A stretch of 51,697 bases of DNA, counting the filler, from Catajapyx aquilonaris (taxonomy: Eukaryota): NCBI GenBank assembly GCA_000934665.2. It is 2 parts of 2 records of this genome, joined end to end, with 100 filler letters (N's around TTAATTAATTAA, not from the genome) between each part and the next. Parts side by side here need not be neighbours in the genome. Positions count along the whole stretch, not along the records: positions 23,679 to 51,697 come from KZ539393.1; 1 more part is not named here. One strand, 5' to 3'. How positions within the stretch are numbered: position 1 is the stretch's first letter; each line of letters opens with the position of its first letter. The notes under the pieces were generated by a model. That model had not been told where the DNA came from, ran no database searches, and saw only the letters and a program-made list of their open reading frames with translations. Made by a program: the position numbers and the translations under genes. Positions 48,665-51,697 of the stretch are shown piece by piece.

Positions 48665-49023
48665 CCGGACACTCATACTACCTTCTGCTGATATCACCTG
48701 CCGACGCGTTTTGCCGAAGATGCTCACTTGAGAGCGCCATGAGACATTTCAGTCTCCCGTCAAGTGGCGACCCTACCGGACTAGGCTGAACTTTATAGGT
48801 ACAAAGCTAACAAAAGGGAAGCGCTACATGCGGGCACAAAATGGCCGCCGGCGCACATGTTGGGTCCACCAATGTAGCGCTTCCCTTTTGTTAGTTTTGT
48901 ACCTATAAAGTTCAGCCTAGTCCGGTAGGGTCGCCACTTGACCGGAGACTGAAATGTCTCATGGCGCTCTCAAGTGAGCAACTTCTGCAAAACACGTCGG
49001 CAGGGGGTGGGCGGGAGTGTCCA
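48665..49023. repeat. Palindrome with ~133-bp near-perfect arms (48697-48829 / 48872-49004)
   Basis: ctcacttgagagcgccatgagacatttcagtctcc.gtcaagtggcgaccctaccggactaggctgaactttataggtacaaa.ctaacaaaagggaagcgctacat and its reverse complement. The arm sequence also occurs at 14683-14815. Confidence 0.9.
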
Positions 49024-49149
49024 GACCTTATCTTCTATGGCCGTGGTACCGCTGTATACAGGTGGTGCCACCTGTACAACACCATTAACCCATCGTTTCT
49101 CAACAGTGTCGTACCAACGGTGACTGCTGTTCCGACTGCTGCATCCGTC

Positions 49150-50450
49150 TGAACTCACGTCATCCACCCCGATGCTTCGATTGGTGTTTTCCACGCCCTA
49201 ACCCCACCGGAATATCCGTAGACTGATCTTTCCTGTATGCAATTATTGTACAAGAGAGCACTGGTGTTAATACTGATAATGCTTCCTTTATAGGCCATGT
49301 TTGACGATTAGCCGACAAGGAGTTAGAGACACTTTCAAGAGGATTTCTGCGCAATGTTGGAGATTTGTAATCAGAAATAAAAACTTATCGCAATGGGAAA
49401 AAGTGGAGCTTGATTCATCCGGATTATCCTAGAAGACGGTCGTCTTGAGGGGGCTCAGGTTGAAAGGGGACCAGGTGTGTGGGTGGGTTTCGAAACGAGC
49501 AAATATACTGGGAGATAATAAGAGAAATGCTGTTCCATAAGGTATCGACCTAGTTCGTGGGTGCATTCACAAGATTGTGACACTTTTGAAATCTGTGCTC
49601 TGGTGACTCATTCAAGGTACACATTTAAACACGTGCCATCCGAATTAGAAGGTTCGTGTCTTTTCTTTTAGGTGCAATGTGCCATTCTAATGTTTGTTGC
49701 TATTTTTGTGAATAACTCATCAGTAATGTTCCCGGATGTCATGCACTTAGTGTATCACACACTTGATTCAATTGTTGACAATCCTGATATACTCGCCAGC
49801 ACACGACTCTATCACTCCCTATCAGATTCAAAGCGGGCGTTCTATTTGTACTTAGCTATACGTCAGGACACTTCATAAAGGTATAACAGCCAGTTAGTCA
49901 TTACAGGTACACTGAATTATCTGGATCATCCCCCCTCCATAAAAAGATGTCCGCGCAGTGTTTACATTGAAGGTTGTTGTGGTAACCAGAAATGCGTAGA
50001 ATCAGACGGCCCACCTGTTATTAGAAATCCGACAGGGGAAGTTAATGCTCCTATTGTTCGGTAAGAAAACTCGAGACGATTTGACGTATTAATAGAGAGT
50101 GCTTGGAGTTCCTACCTGCACACACGACTGTAGGATGGTCCAGGCTCCACACCGCTGAGTCTGGGAGCTTCATATTTTTTCTCAAGGATAAAGTTATAGG
50201 TCTCTTATCTCCAATTTACCAATCGTGCCTTGAAATAAGCCCTAACAGGTGTTGTACGAGATGCTGAGCCGATCCAGAAGATGCCTCCTGGTACTTCTAG
50301 TGCTACTTTTGTCCCTACATGCCCGATCGTCATCAAGGAGTCCGTGTGAGTATTCATATGTGTTTTCAATGTAAATAAGTTAATTGATAGTGTAGAAATG
50401 GCCGGTGGTCTCTCTGATGTGATGCCATGAATACTGGACATGCAGAGAAG
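49150..50450 (-). pseudogene. Degenerate Penelope-like retroelement relic
   Basis: Minus-strand fragments NRLEF, ADIFLW, FISDYKSPNI and TIIAYRKDQSTDIPV resemble PLE motifs NxFEF, DDIFxxW, FVxTYxPxLPNI and PIIAYRRxxNLxDxLV. Heavily disrupted. Confidence 0.4.
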
Positions 50451-50545
50451 TTTTCGTTCAGGTTTTCGTCTCGTTGCTAAGGAGTGGAAAATCGGTGGTT
50501 GTTTGTGTCAAGAACTGGCGATTGTGCAGTCTGGGAAGGTTGTGG

Positions 50546-51300
50546 GATGATTGGCCGCTTATTTCTATAGAATGTGGCTGTGATCAAAAGGAATTACGAC
50601 GCAGAAGTGTAGTCGGGTAGAGGATAAGAGCTCGTTATGGCAGTGATGTATACAGTATATTGGCTACAGACTATTTCTTCGTCATCGTCCTCATCGTTTT
50701 TCATTGATTTGATGCAAATTGATATAAATACAGTAGTGATTTGTCCCAATCTCAAAGTTTAGAATTCGGGAGATGACCACGGGTTTTCTTGATCTTCGTC
50801 GCCCTTCCCAGACACATTTCCGCAAAAAAAACCAAAACAATTAAACCAAATGAAGATTTGAATACTTTAATGCAGTGTCGCGACGTCTACAAAATGCGTC
50901 AGTTTAATTGGTAACAGCGAAAGTAATGTGATACAGTGAAACATGTACAGTACATGGCGGAATCCGGCGGAATCGCTCCTGTCCAATAAATATTTCCGAA
51001 CAGACAAAAGTTACCACTATGTCGGACAATACTAAACTACGGAAAATAACTTACTTTAAGGAAAATTAAAAAGTCAGCGCGCTTTTTGAACGCCTAATTT
51101 GTGGAATCCGCCGACTTATTGTGCACCCTTAATGATGCGGGCTGATTGGCGGCTTATGTCTGTAGAGTACAGTATTTTCGGGATCAAAAGGAACTGGGAC
51201 ACGGTTGGGTATAGGCTGAGAGCTCGTTAGGGCACTCAAGAGCATAGAGTATCTATACATCAGTATATCATCACCCCCACCGTCATCATGATCATCGTCA
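50546..51300 (+). repeat. Diverged ~150-bp direct repeats (~50546-50698 and ~51141-51300)
   Basis: tgattggc.gcttat.tct.taga...gatcaaaaggaa...gagctcgtta.ggca...cgtcatc occurs in both. Confidence 0.65.
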
Positions 51301-51697
51301 TTATTATTTCCTCATATTTCCATATTAAATAGTATCATGGAAGTTAATATTAATACTGACGCCGCGCTATAGGTTTAGGCAGTAAATTCCAATTACTTTT
51401 CATTTCAACCCAAATTCGTTACAGGATGGTTTACTCCTACTCAAATTAATTATCAATATAATCTGACGTATTATTAGTAGGGGTTCAGTAAATTAAATTC
51501 ATGCATGGTTACATGCATGATTACATGCTTTTCCTTGATGAAAGTAACGCACTCTATACCTGAATTACTTTCATTGGAATTTCTGCGAATCTGGGACGAG
51601 ACATGGGTCATTCCATGTCAATTCACCGAGCCCCCTGACCCTTGGGTTGTCAGATTTTGACGAAAATCGGCGAATCGCTTTAATTACGTCTTTCAAA

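Overview
This is eukaryotic DNA, very probably arthropod/insect: it has GT-AG introns, TTAGG tracts, tRNA-derived SINEs, Helitrons and many MITEs. The supplied prokaryote-style ORF track is mostly uninformative. Two spliced genes can be rebuilt by hand. (1) A + strand C2H2 zinc-finger gene (exons 9829-10329, 11263-11385, 17191-17610). It has an acidic region with VKxE motifs and an 84-bp-unit array of about 12 fingers, cut by in-frame stops at 17608 and 18007 and decaying toward its 3' end. (2) A - strand single-pass receptor (exons between 27147 and 25312) with a TNFR-type Cys-rich ectodomain resembling TROY/XEDAR, a TM helix and a cytoplasmic PPPY motif. The rest is a dense, nested mosaic of MITEs and foldbacks, non-autonomous Helitrons, SINEs with a shared 3' stem-loop and (ATT)n tail, a hAT transposase relic, Penelope-like relics, long palindromes and microsatellites. 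There are two assembly gaps, one containing an artificial TTAATTAATTAA linker. No rRNA, confidently functional tRNA or CRISPR array was seen. All family assignments come from motif recognition by eye, not database searches.
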